Below the pieces are notes generated by a model. The model did not search any database and was not told where the DNA came from. It saw only the letters and a program-made list of their open reading frames with translations. From Eledone cirrhosa (lineage: Eukaryota): DNA of 64,000 bases. The stretch covers positions 17,422,001 through 17,486,000 of the forward strand of contig OZ024744.1 in assembly GCA_964016885.1 (NCBI GenBank). The letters are read 5' to 3'. Position numbers and translations under genes: made by a program. This document shows positions 1 to 15,800 of this stretch, one piece after another. Every line of letters begins with the position of its first letter. Position 1 is the stretch's first letter.

Positions 1-3000
1 GGTTGATACACATTGCTGACCTGTACACCATCAGATACTGACGGCAGGTTGATACTCATTGCTGCCCTGTACACCATCAGACATTGACGACAGGTTGCTA
101 CTCATTGCTGACCTGTACACCACCAGACATTGACGAGAGGTTGATACTCATTGCTGCCCTGTACACCATCAAGTATTGACGGCAGGTTGATACTCATTGC
201 TGACCTGTACACCATCAGACATTGACGGCAGGTTGGTACTCATTGCTGACCTATACACCATCAGACACTGACGGCAGGTTGATACTCATTGCTGACCTGT
301 ACACCATCAGATACTGAAGACAGGTTGATACTCATTGCTGACCTGTACACCATCAGACATTGATGACAGGTTGATACTCATGGCTGACTTGTACACCATC
401 AGACATTGACGACAGGTTGATACTCATTGCTGACCTGTACACCATCAGGTATTGACAGCAGGTTGATACTCATTGCTGACCTGTACACCATCAGACATTG
501 ACGGCAGGTTGATACTCATTGCTGACCTGTACACCATCAGGTATTGACGACAGGTTGATACTCATTGCTGACCTGTACACCATCAGACATTGACGACAGG
601 TTGGTACTCATTGCTGACCTGTACACCATCAGACATTGACGGCAGGTTGATACTCATTGCTTACCTGTACACCATCAGATATTGACGACATGTTGATACT
701 CATTGCTGACCTGTACACCATCTGACATTGACGGCAGGTTGATACTCATTGCTGACCTGTACACCATCAGATACTGACGACAGGTTGATACTCATTGCTG
801 ACCTGTACAACATCAGATACTGACGACAGGTTGATACTCGTTGCTGACCTGTACACCATCAGGTATTGACGACAGGTTGGTACTCATTGTTGACCTGTAC
901 ACCATCAGATACTGACGACAAGTTGATACTCATTGCTGACCTGTACACCATCAGATATTGACGACAGGTTGGTACTCATTGATGACCTGTACACCATCAG
1001 ATACTGACGAAAGGTTGATACTCATTGCTGACCTGTACACCATCAGGAATTGACGACAGGTTGATAAACATTGCTGACATGTACACCATCAGACATTGAC
1101 CACAGGTTGGTATTCATTGCTGACCTGTACAGCATCAGATACTGACGACAGGTTGATACTCATTGCTGCCCTGTACACCATCAAGTATTGACGGCAGGTT
1201 GATACTCATTGCTGACCTGTACACCATCAGACATTGACGGCAGGTTGGTACTCATTGCTGACCTATACACCATCAGACACTGACGGCAGGTTGATATTCA
1301 TTGCTGACCTGTACACCATCAGATACTGACGACAGGTTGATACTCATTGCTGACCTGTACACCATCAGACATTGAGGACAGGTTGGTACTCATTGCTGAC
1401 CTGTACACCATCAGACATTGACGACAGGTTGATACTCATTGCTGACCTGTACACCATCAGGTATTGACAGCAGCTTGATACTCATTGCTGACCTGTACAC
1501 CATCAGACATTGACGGCAGGTTGATACTCATTGCTGACCTGTACACCATCAGGTATTGACGACAGGTTGATACTCATTGCTGACCTGTACACCATCAGAC
1601 ATTGATGACAGGTTGGTACTCATTGCTCACCTGTACACCATCAGATACTGACGACAGGTTGATACTCATTGCTGACCTGTACACAATCAAGTATTGACGG
1701 CAGGTTGATACTCATTGCTGACCTGTACACCATCAGACATTGACGACAGGTTGATACTCATTGCTGACCTGTACACCATCGGATACTGACGACAGGTTGA
1801 TACTCATTGCTGATCTGTACACCATCAGACATTGACGGCAGGTTGATACACATTGCTGACCTGTACACCATCAGACATTGACGACAGGTTGATACTCATT
1901 GCTGACCTCTACACCACCAGACATTGACGACAGGTTGATACTCATTGCTGCCCTGTACACTATCAAGTATTGACGGCAGGTTGATACTCATTGCTGACCT
2001 GTACACCATCAGACATTGACGGCAGGTTGGTACTCATTGCTGACCTATACACCATCAGACACTGACGGCAGGTTGATACTCATTGCTGACCTGTACACCA
2101 TCAGATACTGAAGACAGGTTGATACTCATTGCTGACCTGTACACCATCAGACATTGATGACAGGTTGATACTCATTGCTGACTTGTACACCATCAGACAT
2201 TGACGACAGGTTGATACTCTTTGCTGACCTGTACACCATCAGGTATTGACAGCAGGTTGATACTCATTGCTGACCTGTACACCATCAGACATTGACGGCA
2301 GGTTGATACTCATTGCTGACCTGTACACCATCAGGTATTGACGACAGGTTGATACTCATTGCTGACCTGTACACCATCAGACATTGATGACAGGTTGGTA
2401 CTCATTGCTGACCTGTACACCATCAGATACTGACGACAGGTTGATACTCATTGCTGACCTGTACACAATCAAGTATTGACGGCAGGTTGATACTCATTGC
2501 TGACCTGTACACCATCAGACATTGACGACAGGTTGATACTCATTGCTGACCTGTACACCATCGGATACTGACGACAGGTTGATACTCATTGCTGATCTGT
2601 ACACCATCAGACATTGACGGCAGGTTGATACACATTGCTGACCTGTACACCATCAGATACTGACGGCAGGTTGATACTCATTGCTGCCCTGTACACCATC
2701 AGACATTGACGACAGGTTGATACTCATTGCTGACCTGTACACCACCAGACATTGACGAGAGGTTGATACTCATTGCTGCCCTGTACACCATCAAGTATTG
2801 ACGGCAGGTTGATACTCATTGCTGACCTGTACACCATCAGACATTGACGGCAGGTTGGTACTCATTGCTGACCTATACACCATCAGACACTGACGGCAGG
2901 TTGATACTCATTGCTGACCTGTACACCATCAGATACTGAAGACAGGTTGATACTCATTGCTGACCTGTACACCATCAGACATTGATGACAGGTTGATACT

Positions 3001-3367
3001 CATGGCTGACTTGTACACCATCAGACATTGACGACAGGTTGATACTCATTGCTGACCTGTACACCATCAGGTATTGACAGCAGGTTGATACTCATTGCTG
3101 ACCTGTACACCATCAGACATTGACGGCAGGTTGATACTCATTGCTGACCTGTACACCATCAGGTATTGACGACAGGTTGATACTCATTGCTGACCTGTAC
3201 ACCATCAGACATTGACGACAGGTTGGTACTCATTGCTGACCTGTACACCATCAGACATTGACGGCAGGTTGATACTCATTGCTTACCTGTACACCATCAG
3301 ATATTGACGACATGTTGATACTCATTGCTGACCTGTACACCATCTGACATTGACGGCAGGTTGATAC
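1..3367. repeat. Duplicated block: 1-~745 recopied at 2623-~3367 (offset 2622 = 57 monomers)
   Basis: Rare variants recur at offset 2622: TGACGAGAGG 131/2753, TGGCTGAC 381/3003, TCTGAC 721/3343. Confidence 0.9.
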
Positions 3368-6300
3368 ACATTGCTGACCTGTACGCCATCAGATACTGAC
3401 GACAAGTTGATACTCATTGCTGACCTGTACACCATCAGACATTGACGGTTGGTTGATACTCATTGCTGACCTGTACACCATCAGACATTGATGGAAGGTT
3501 GATACTCATTGCTGACCTGTACACCATCAGATACTGACGACAGGTTGATACTCATTGCTGACCTGTAACACCATCAGACACTGACGGCAGGTTTATACTC
3601 ATTGCTGACCTGTACCCCATCAGACATTGACGGCAGGTTGATACTCATTGCTGACCTGTACACCATCAGTTATTGACGACAAGTTGATACTCATTGTTGA
3701 CCTGTACACCATCAGACATTGATGACAGGTTGATACTCATTGCTGACCTGTACACCATCAGAATTTGACGGCAGGTTGATACTCATTGCTGACATGTACA
3801 CCATCAGACATTGACGACAGGTTGATACTCATTGCTGACCTGTACACCATCAGATACTGACGACAGGTTGATACTCATTGCTGACTTGTACACCATCAGC
3901 CACTGACGGCAGGTTGATACTCATTGCTGACCTCTACACCATCAGGTATTGACGACAGGTTGATACTCATTGCTGACCTGTAGACCATCAGACATTGACG
4001 GCAGGTTGATACTCATTGCTGACCTGTACACCATCAGATACTGACGACAGGTTGATACTCATTGCTGACCTGTACAACATCAGATACTGACGACAGGTTG
4101 ATACTCGTTGCTGACCTGTACACCATCAGGTATTGACGACAGGTTGGTACTCATTGTTGACCTGTACACCATCAGATACTGACGACAAGTTGATACTCAT
4201 TGCTGACCTGTACACCATCAGATATTGACGACAGGTTGGTACTCATTGATGACCTGTACACCATCAGATACTGACGAAAGGTTGATACTCATTGCTGACC
4301 TGTACACCATCAGGAATTGACGACAGGTTGATAAACATTGCTGACCTGTACACCATCAGACATTGACCACAGGTTGGTATTCATTGCTGACCTGTACAGC
4401 ATCAGATACTGACGACAGGTTGATACTCATTGCTGCCCTGTACACCATCAAGTATTGACGGCAGGTTGATACTCATTGCTGACCTGTACACCATCAGACA
4501 TTGACGGCAGGTTGGTACTCATTGCTGACCTATACACCATCAGACACTGACGGCAGGTTGATATTCATTGCTGACCTGTACACCATCAGATACTGACGAC
4601 AGGTTGATACTCATTGCTGACCTGTACACCATCAGACATTGAGGACAGGTTGGTACTCATTGCTGACCTGTACACCATCAGACATTGACGACAGGTTGAT
4701 ACTCATTGCTGACCTGTACACCATCAGGTATTGACAGCAGCTTGATACTCATTGCTGACCTGTACACCATCAGACATTGACGGCAGGTTGATACTCATTG
4801 CTGACCTGTACACCATCAGGTATTGACGACAGGTTGATACTCATTGCTGACCTGTACACCATCAGACATTGATGACAGGTTGGTACTCATTGCTGACCTG
4901 TACACCATCAGATACTGACGACAGGTTGATACTCATTGCTGACCTGTACACAATCAAGTATTGACGGCAGGTTGATACTCATTGCTGACCTGTACACCAT
5001 CAGACATTGACGACAGGTTGATACTCATTGCTGACCTGTACACCATCGGATACTGACGACAGGTTGATACTCATTGCTGATCTGTACACCATCAGACATT
5101 GACGGCAGGTTGATACACATTGCTGACCTGTACACCATCAGACATTGACGACAGGTTGATACTCATTGCTGACCTGTACACCACCAGACATTGACGACGG
5201 GTTGATACTCATTGCTGCCCTGTACACCATCAAGTATTGACGGCAGGTTGATACTCATTACTGACCTGTACACCATCAGTCATTGACGGCAGGTTGGTAC
5301 TCATTGCTGACCTATACACCATCAGACACTGACGGCAGGTTGATACTCATTGCTGACCTGTACACCATCAGATACTGAAGACAGGTTGATACTCATTGCT
5401 GACCTGTACACCATCAGACATTGATGACAGGTTGATACTCATTGCTGACTTGTACACCATCAGACATTGACGACAGGTTGATACTCTTTGCTGACCAGTA
5501 CACCATCAGGTATTGACAGCAGGTTGATACTCATTGCTGACCTGTACACCATCAGACATTGACGGCAGGTTGATACTCATCGCTGAACTGTACACCATCA
5601 GGTATTGACGACAGGTTGATACTCATTGCTGACCTGTACACCATCAGACATTGACGACAGGTTGGTACTCATTGCTGACCTGTACACCATCAGACATTGA
5701 CGGCAGGTTGATACTCATTGCTTACCTGTACACCATCAGATATTGACGACATGTTGATACTCATTGCTGACCTGTACACCATCAGACATTGACGGCAGGT
5801 TGATACACATTGCTGACCTGTACGCCATCAGATACTGACGACAGGTTGATACTCATTGCTGACCTGTACACCATCAGACATTGACGGTTGGTTGATACTC
5901 ATTGCTGACCTGTACACCATTAGACATTGATGGTAGGTTGATACTCATTGCTGACCTGTACACCATCAGATACTGACGACAGGTTGATACTCATTGCTGA
6001 CCTGTAACACCATCAGACACTGACGGCAGGTTTATACTCATTGCTGACCTGTACACCATCAGACATTGACGGCAGGTTGATACTCATTGCTGACCTGTAC
6101 ACCATCAGTTATTGACGACAAGTTGATACTCATTGTTGACCTGTACACCATCAGACATTGATGACAGGTTGATACTCATTGCTGACCTGTACACCATCAG
6201 AATTTGACGGCAGGTTGATACTCATTGCTGACATGTACACCATCAGACATTGACGACAGGTTGATACTCATTGCTGACCTGTACACCATCAGATACTGAC

Positions 6301-8050
6301 GACAGGTTGATACTCATTGCTGACTTGTACACCATCAGACACTGACGGCAGGTTGATACTCATTGCTGACCTGTACACCATCAGGTATTGACGACAGGTT
6401 GATACTCATTGCTGACCTGTAGACCATCAGACATTGACGGCAGGTTGATACTCATTGCTGACCTGTACACCATCAGATACTGACGACAGGTTGATACTCA
6501 TTGCTGACCTGTACAACATCAGATACTGACGACAGGTTGATACTCGTTGCTGACCTGTACACCATCAGGTATTGACGACAGGTTGGTACTCATTGTTGAC
6601 CTGTACACCATCAGATACTGACGACAAGTTGATACTCATTGCTGACCTGTACACCATCAGATATTGACGACAGGTTGGTACTCATTGATGACCTGTACAC
6701 CATCAGATACTGACGAAAGGTTGATACTCATTGCTGACCTGTACACCATCAGGAATTGACGACAGGTTGATAAACATTGCTGACCTGTACACCATCAGAC
6801 ATTGACCACAGGTTGGTATTCATTGCTGACCTGTACAGCATCAGATACTGACGACAGGTTGATACTCATTGCTGCCCTGTACACCGTCAAGTATTGACGG
6901 CAGGTTGATACTCATTGCTGACCTGTACACCATCAGACATTGACGGCAGGTTGGTACTCATTGCTCACCTATACACCATCAGACACTGACGGCAGGTTGA
7001 TATTCATTGCTGACCTGTACACCATCAGATACTGACGACAGGTTGATACTCATTGCTGACCTGTACACCATCAGACATTGATGACAGGTTGGTACTCATT
7101 GCTGACCTGTACACCATCAGACATTGACGACAGGTTGATACTCATTGCTGACCTGTACACCATCAGGTATTGACAGCAGCTTGATACTCATTGCTGACCT
7201 GTACACCATCAGACATTGACGGCAGGTTGATACTCATTGCTGACCTGTACACCATCAGGTATTGACGACAGGTTGATACTCATTGCTGACCTGTACACCA
7301 TCAGACATTGATGACAGGTTGGTACTCATTGCTGACCTGTACACCATCAGATACTGACGACAGGTTGATACTCATTGCTGACCTGTACACCATCAGACAT
7401 TGACGGCAGGTTGATACTCATTGCTGACCTGTACACCATCAGACATTGACGACAGGTTGATACTCATTGCTGACCTGTACACCATCGGATACTGACGACA
7501 GGTTGATGCTCATTGCTGATCTGTACACCATCAGACATTGACGGCAGGTTGATACACATTGCTGACCTGTACACCATCAGACATTGACGACAGGTTGATA
7601 CTCATTGCTGACCTGTACACCACCAGACATTGACGACAGGTTGATACTCATTGCTGCCCTGTACACCATCAAGTATTGACGGCAGGTTGATACTCATTGC
7701 TGACCTGTACACCATCAGACATTGACGGCAGGTTGGTACTCATTGCTGACCTATACACCATCAGACACTGACGGCAGGTTGATACTCATTGCTGACCTGT
7801 ACACCATCAGATACTGAAGACAGGTTGATACTCATTGCTGACCTGTACACCATCAGATATTGATGACAGGTTGATACTCATTGCTGACTTGTACACCATC
7901 AGACATTGACGACAGGTTGATACTCATTGCTGACCTGTACACCATCAGGTATTGACAGCAGGTTGATACTCATTGCTGACCTGTACACCATCAGACATTG
8001 ACGGCAGGTTGATACTCATTGCTGACCTGTACACCATCAGGTATTGACGA
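3200..8050. repeat. Approximate tandem duplication of 2439 bp (53 monomers +1)
   Basis: TGTAACACC insertion at 3567/6006, ATAAAC at 4331/6770 and GACCACAGG at 4365/6804, all offset 2439. Confidence 0.85.
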
Positions 8051-8540
8051 CAGGTTGATACTCATTGCTGACCTGTACACCACCAGACATTGACGACAGG
8101 TTGATACTCATTGCTGCCCTGTACACCATCAAGTATTGACGGCAGGTTGATACTCATTGCTGACCTGTACACCATCAGACATTGACGGCAGGTTGGTACT
8201 CATTGCTGACCTATACACCATCAGACACTGACGGCAGGTTGATACTCATTGCTGACCTGTACACCATCAGATACTGAAGACAGGTTGATACTCATTGCTG
8301 ACCTGTACACCATCAGATATTGATGACAGGTTGATACTCATTGCTGACTTGTACACCATCAGACATTGACGACAGGTTGATACTCATTGCTGACCTGTAC
8401 ACCATCAGGTATTGACAGCAGGTTGATACTCATTGCTGACCTGTACACCATCAGACATTGACGGCAGGTTGATACTCATTGCTGACCTGTACACCATCAG
8501 GTATTGACGACAGGTTGATACTCATTGCTGACCTGTACAC
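7585..8540. repeat. Tandem duplication of 460 bp (10 monomers)
   Basis: CACCAGAC at 7621/8081 and CATCAGATATTGATGAC at 7851/8311. Confidence 0.88.
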
Positions 8541-11500
8541 CATCAGACATTGACGACAGGTTGGTACTCATTGCTGACCTGTACACCATCAGACATTGAC
8601 GACAGGTTGATACTCATTGCTGACCTGTACACAATCAAGTATTGACGGCAGGTTGATACTCATTGCTGACCTGTACACCATCAGACATTGACGGCAGGTT
8701 GATACTCATTGCTGACCTGTACACCATCAGACATTGACGACAGGTTAATACTCATTGCTGACCTGTACACCATCAAACATTGACGACAGTTTGATACTCA
8801 TTGCTGACATGTACACCACCAGACATTGACGGCGGGTTGATACTCTTTGCTGACCTTTACACCATCAGATACTGACGATCGTTTGATAATCATTGCTGGC
8901 CTGTACACCATCAGGTATTGACGACAGGTTGATACACATTGTTGACCTGTACACCATCAGACATTGACAGCAGGTTGATACACATTGCTGACCTGTACAC
9001 CATCATACATTGACGACGGGTTGATACTCATTGCTGACCTCTACACCATCAGACATTGACGACAGGTTAATACTCATTGCTGACTTGTACACCATCAGGT
9101 ATTGACGGCAGGTTGATACTCATTTCTGACCTGTACACCATCAGACATTGACGGCAGGTTGATACTCATTGCTGACCTGTACACCATCAGATATTGACGA
9201 CATGTTGATACTCATTGCTGACCTGTACACCATCAGACATTGACGGCAGGTTGATACTCATTGCTGACCTGTACACCATCAGTTATTGACGACAAGTTGA
9301 TACTCATTGCTGACCTGTACACCATCAGATATTGACAGCAGGTTGATACTCATTGCTGACTTGTACACCATCAGACATTAACGACAGGTTGATACTCATT
9401 GCTGACCTGTACACCATCAGACATTGACGGCAGGTTGATACTCATTGCTGACCTGTACACCATCAGACATTGACGGTAGGTTTATACTCATTGCTGACTT
9501 GTACACCATCAGATACTGACGACAGGTTGATACTCATTGCTGACCTGTACACCATCAGACATTGACGGCAGGTTGATACTCATTGCTGACCTGTACACCA
9601 TCAGACATTGACGACAGGTTGATACTCATTGCTGACCTGTACACCATCGGATACTGACGACAGGTTGATACTCATTGCTGATCTGTACACCATCAGACAT
9701 TGACGGCAGGTTGATACACATTGCTGACCTGTACACCATCAGATACTGACGGCAGGTTGATACTCATTGCTGCCCTGTACACCATCAGACATCGACGACA
9801 GGTTGATACTCATTGCTGACCTGTACACCACCAGACATTGACGACAGGTTGATACTCATTGCTGACCTGTACACCATCAGACATTGACGGCAGGTTGATA
9901 CTCATTGCTGACCTGTACACCATCATACATTGACGACAGTTTGATACTCATTGCTGACCTGTTCACCATCAGACATTGACGACAGGTTAATACTCATTGC
10001 TGACCTGTACACCATCAGGTATTGACGGCAGGTTGATACTCATTTCTGACCTGTACACCATCAGACATTGACGGCAGGTTGATACTCATTGCTGACCTGT
10101 ACACCATCAGATATTGACGACATGTTGATACTCATTACTGACCTGTACACCATCAGACATTGACGGCAGGTTGATACTCATTGCTTACCTGTACACCATC
10201 AGATATTGACGACATGTTGATACTCATTGCTGACCTGTACACCATCAGACATTGACGGCAGGTTGATACACATTGCTGACCTGTACGCCATCAGATACTG
10301 ACGACAGGTTGATACTCATTGCTGACCTGTACACCATCAGACATTGACGGAAGGTTGATACTCATTGCTGACCTGTACACCATCAGACATTGATGGTAGG
10401 TTGATACTCATTGCTGACCTGTACACCATCAGATACTGACGACAGGTTGATACTCATTGCTGACCTGTAACACCATCAGACACTGACGGCAGGTTTATAC
10501 TCATTGCTGACCTGTACACCATCAGACATTGACGGCAGGTTGATACTCATTGCTGACCTGTACACCATCAGTTATTGACGACAAGTTGATACTCATTGTT
10601 GACCTGTACACCATCAGACATTGATGACAGGTTGATACTCATTGCTGACCTGTACACCATCAGAATTTGACGGCAGGTTGATACTCATTGCTGACATGTA
10701 CACCATCAGACATTGACGACAGGTTGATACTCATTGCTGACCTGTACACCATCAGATACTGACGACAGTTTGATACTCATTGCTGACCTGTTCACCCTCA
10801 GTTATTGACGACAAGTTGATACTCATTGTTGACCTGTACACCATCAGACATTGATGACAGGTTGATACTCATTGCTGACCTGTACACCATCAGAATTTGA
10901 CGGCAGGTTGATACTCATTGCTGACATGTACACCATCAGACATTGACGACAGGTTGATACTCATTGCTGACCTGTACACCATCAGATACTGACGACAGGT
11001 TGATACTCATTACTGACCTGTACACCATCAGACACTGACGGCAGGTTGATACTCATTGCTGACCTGTACACCATCAGGTATTGACGACAGGTTGATACTC
11101 ATTGCTGACCTGTAGACCATCAGACATTGACGGCAGGTTGATACTCATTGCTGACCTGTACACCATCAGATACTGACGACAGGTTGATACTCATTGCTGA
11201 CCTGTACAACATCAGATACTGACGACAGGTTGATACTCGTTGCTGACCTGTACACCAGCAGGTATTGACGACAGGTTGGTACTCATTGTTGACCTTTACA
11301 CCATCAGATACTGACGACAAGTTGATACTCATTGCTGACCTGTACAACATCAGATATTGACGACAGGTTGGTACTCATTGATGACCTGTACACCATCAGA
11401 TACTGACGAAAGGTTGATACTCATTGCTGACCTGTACACCATCAGGAATTGACGACAGGTTGATAAACATTGCTGACCTGTACACCATCAGACATTGACC

Positions 11501-12874
11501 ACAGGTTGGTATTCATTGCTGACCTGTACAGCATCAGATACTGACGACAGGTTGATACTCATTGCTGACCTGTACACCATCAGACATTGACGGCAGGTTG
11601 GTACTCATTGCTGACCTATACACCATCAGACACTGACGATCGTTTGATAATCATTGCTGGCCTGTACACCATCAGGTATTGACGACAGGTTGATACACAT
11701 TGTTGACCTGTACACCATCAGACATTGACGGCAGGTTGATACGCATTGCTGACCTGTACACCATCAGGTATTGACGACAGGTTGATAGCATTGCTAACCT
11801 GTACACCATCAGACATTGACGACAGGTTGATACTCATTGCTGACCTGTACACCATCAGACATTGACAGCAGGTTGATACACATTGCTGACCTGTACACCA
11901 TCATACATTGACGACGGGTTGATACTCATTGCTGACCTCTACACCATCAGACATTGACGACAGGTTAATACTCATTGCTGACTTGTACACCATCAGGTAT
12001 TGACGGCAGGTTGATACTCATTTCTGACCTGTACACCATCAGACATTGACGGCAGGTTGATACTCATTGCCGACCTGTACACCATCAGATATTGACGACA
12101 TGTTGATACTCATTGCTGACCTGTACACCATCAGACATTGACGGCAGTTTGATACTCATTGCTGACCTGTACACCATCAGTTATATGACGACAAGTTGAT
12201 ACTCATTGCTGACCTGTACACCATCAGATATTGACAGCAGGTTGATACTCATTGCTGACTTGTACACCATCAGACATTGACGACAGGTTGATACTCATTT
12301 CTGACCTGTACACCATCAGACATTGACGGCAGGTTGATACTCATTGCTGACCTGTACACCATCAGACATTGACGGCAGGTTGATACACATTGCTGACCTG
12401 TACACCATCAGATACTGACGGCAGGTTGATACTCATTGCTGCCCTGTACACCATCAGACATTGACGACAGGTTGATACTCATTGCTGACCTGTACACCAC
12501 CAGACATTGACGACAGGTTGATACTCATTGCTGACCTGTACACCATCAGACATTGACGGCAGGTTGATACTCATTGCTGACCTGTACACCATCAGGTATT
12601 GACGGCAGGTTGATACTCATTTCTGACCTGTACACCATCAGATATTGACGGCAGGTTGATACTCATTGCTGACCTGTACACCATCAGATATTGACGACAT
12701 GTTGATACTCATTACTGACCTGTACACCATCAGACATTGACGGCAGGTTGATACTCATTGCTTACCTGTACACCATCAGATATTGACGACATGTTGATAC
12801 TCATTGCTGACCTGTACACCATCAGACATTGACGGCAGGTTGATACACATTGCTGACCTGTACGCCATCAGATA

Positions 12875-15800
12875 CTGACGATCGTTTGATAATCATTGCT
12901 GGCCTGTACACCATCAGGTATTGACGACAGGTTGATACACATTGTTGACCTGTACACCATCAGACATTGACGGCAGGTTGATACGCATTGCTGACCTGTA
13001 CACCATCAGGTATTGACGACAGGTTGATAGCATTGCTAACCTGTACACCATCAGACATTGACGACAGGTTGATACTCATTGCTGACCTGTACACCATCAG
13101 ACATTGACAGCAGGTTGATACACATTGCTGACCTGTACACCATCATACATTGACGACGGGTTGATACTCATTGCTGACCTCTACACCATCAGACATTGAC
13201 GACAGGTTAATACTCATTGCTGACTTGTACACCATCAGGTATTGACGGCAGGTTGATAATCATTTCTGACCTGTACACCATCAGACATTGACGGCAGGTT
13301 GATACTCATTGCCGACCTGTACACCATCAGATATTGACGACATGTTGATACTCATTGCTGACCTGTACACCATCAGACATTGACGGCAGTTTGATACTCA
13401 TTGCTGATCTGTACATCATCCGTTATATGACGACAAGTTGATACTCATTGCTGACCTGTACACCATCAGATATTGACAGCAGGTTGATACTCATTGCTGA
13501 CTTGTACACCATCAGACATTGACGACAGGTTGATACTCATTGCTGACCTGTACACCATCAGACATTGACGGCAGGTTGATACTCATTGCTGACCTGTACA
13601 CCATCAGACATTGACGGTAGGTTTATACTCATTGCTGACCTGTACACCATCAGACATTGACGACAGGTTGATACTCATTGCTGACCTGTACACCATCGGA
13701 TACTGACGACAGGTTGATACTCATTGCTGATCTGTACACCATCAGACATTGACGGCAGGTTGATACACATTGCTGACCTGTACACCATCAGATACTGACG
13801 GCAGGTTGATACTCATTGCTGCCCTGTACACCATCAGACATTGACGACAGGTTGATACTCATTGCTGACCTGTACACCATCAGACATTGACGCTAGGTTG
13901 ATACTCATTGCTGACCTGTACACCATCAGGTATTGACGGCAGGTTGATACTCATTTCTGACCTGTACACCATCAGACATTGACGGCAGGTTGATACTCAT
14001 TGCTGACCTGTACACCATCAGACATTGACGACATGTTGATACTCATTACTGACCTGTACACCATCAGATATTGACGGCAGGTTGATACTCATTGCTTACC
14101 TGTACACCATCAGATATTGACGACATGTTGATACTCATTGCTGACCTGTACACCATCAGACATTGACGGCAGGTTGATACACATTGCTGACCTGTACGCC
14201 ATCAGATACTGACGACAGGTTGATACTCATTGCTGACCTGTACACCGTCAGACATTGACGGTTGGTTGATACTCATTGCTGACCTGTACACCATCAGACA
14301 TTGATGGTAGGTTGATACTCATTGCTGACCTGTACACCATCAGATACTGACGACAGGTTGATACTCATTGCTGACCTGTAACACCATCAGACACTGACGG
14401 CAGGTTTATACTCATTGCTGACTTGTACACCATCAGACACTGACGGCAGGTTGATACTCATTGCTGACCTGTACACCATCAGGTATTGACGACAGGTTGA
14501 TACTCATTGCTGACCTGTTGACCATCAGACATTGACGGCAGGTTGATACTCATTGCTTAGCTGTACACCATCAGATACTGACGACAGGTTGATACTCATT
14601 GCTGACCTGTACAACATCAGATACTGACGACAGGTTGATACTCGTTGCTGACCTGTACACCATCAGGTATTGACGACAGGTTGGTACTCATTGTTGACCT
14701 GTACACCATCAGATACTGACGACAAGTTGATACTCATTGCTGACCTGTACACCATCAGGTATTGACGACAGGTTGATAGCATTGCTAACCTGTACACCAT
14801 CAGACATTGACGACAGGTTGATACTCATTGCTGACCTGTACACCATCAGACATTGACAGCAGGTTGATACACATTGCTGACCTGTACACCGTCATACATT
14901 GACGACGGGTTGATACTCATTGCTGACCTCTACACCATCAGACATTGACGACAGGTTAATACTCATTGCTGACTTGTACACCATCAGGTATTGACGGCAG
15001 GTTGATACTCATTACTGACCTGTACACCATCAGTTATTGACGACAAGTTGATACTCATTGCTGACCTGTACACCATCAGATATTGACAGCAGGTTGATAC
15101 TCATTGCTGACTTGTACACCATCAGACATTGACGACAGGTTGATACTCATTGCTGACCTGTACACCATCAGACATTGACGGCAGGTTGATACTCATTGCT
15201 GACCTGTACACCATCAGACATTGACGGCAGGTTGATACACATTGCTGACCTGTACGCCATCAGATACTGACGACAGGTTGATACTCATTGCTGACCTGTA
15301 CACCGTCAGACATTGACGGTTGGTTGATACTCATTGCTGACCTGTACACCATCAGACATTGATGGTAGGTTGATACTCATTGCTGACCTGTACAGCATCA
15401 GATACTGACGACAGGTTGATACTCATTGCTGACCTGTACACCATCAGACATTGACGGCAGGTTGGTACTCATTGCTGACCTATACACCATCAGACACTGA
15501 CGATCGTTTGATAATCATTGCTGGCCTGTACACCATCAGGTATTGACGACAGGTTGATACACATTGTTGACCTGTACACCATCAGACATTGACGGCAGGT
15601 TGATACGCATTGCTGACCTGTACACCATCAGGTATTGACGACAGGTTGATAGCATTGCTAACCTGTACACCATCAGACATTGACGACAGGTTGATACTCA
15701 TTGCTGACCTGTACACCATCAGACATTGACAGCAGGTTGATACACATTGCTGACCTGTACACCATCATACATTGACGACGGGTTGATACTCATTGCTGAC

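Noticed and set aside
1-92. Sigma70-like -35 hexamers (TTGACG/TTGACA, TTGATA) in every monomer
   Set aside because: There is no convincing -10 element at 16-18 bp spacing and nothing downstream to transcribe.
1-92. Transcription-factor half-sites TGACCT (nuclear receptor) and TGACG (CRE/bZIP)
   Set aside because: Motifs of 5-6 bp are expected by chance in a 46-mer, the host is unknown and no canonical paired arrangement is present.
1-184. 4 x 46 = 184 bp as a nucleosome repeat length
   Set aside because: This is numerical coincidence only. No 4-mer periodicity of variants or phased A-tracts is visible.
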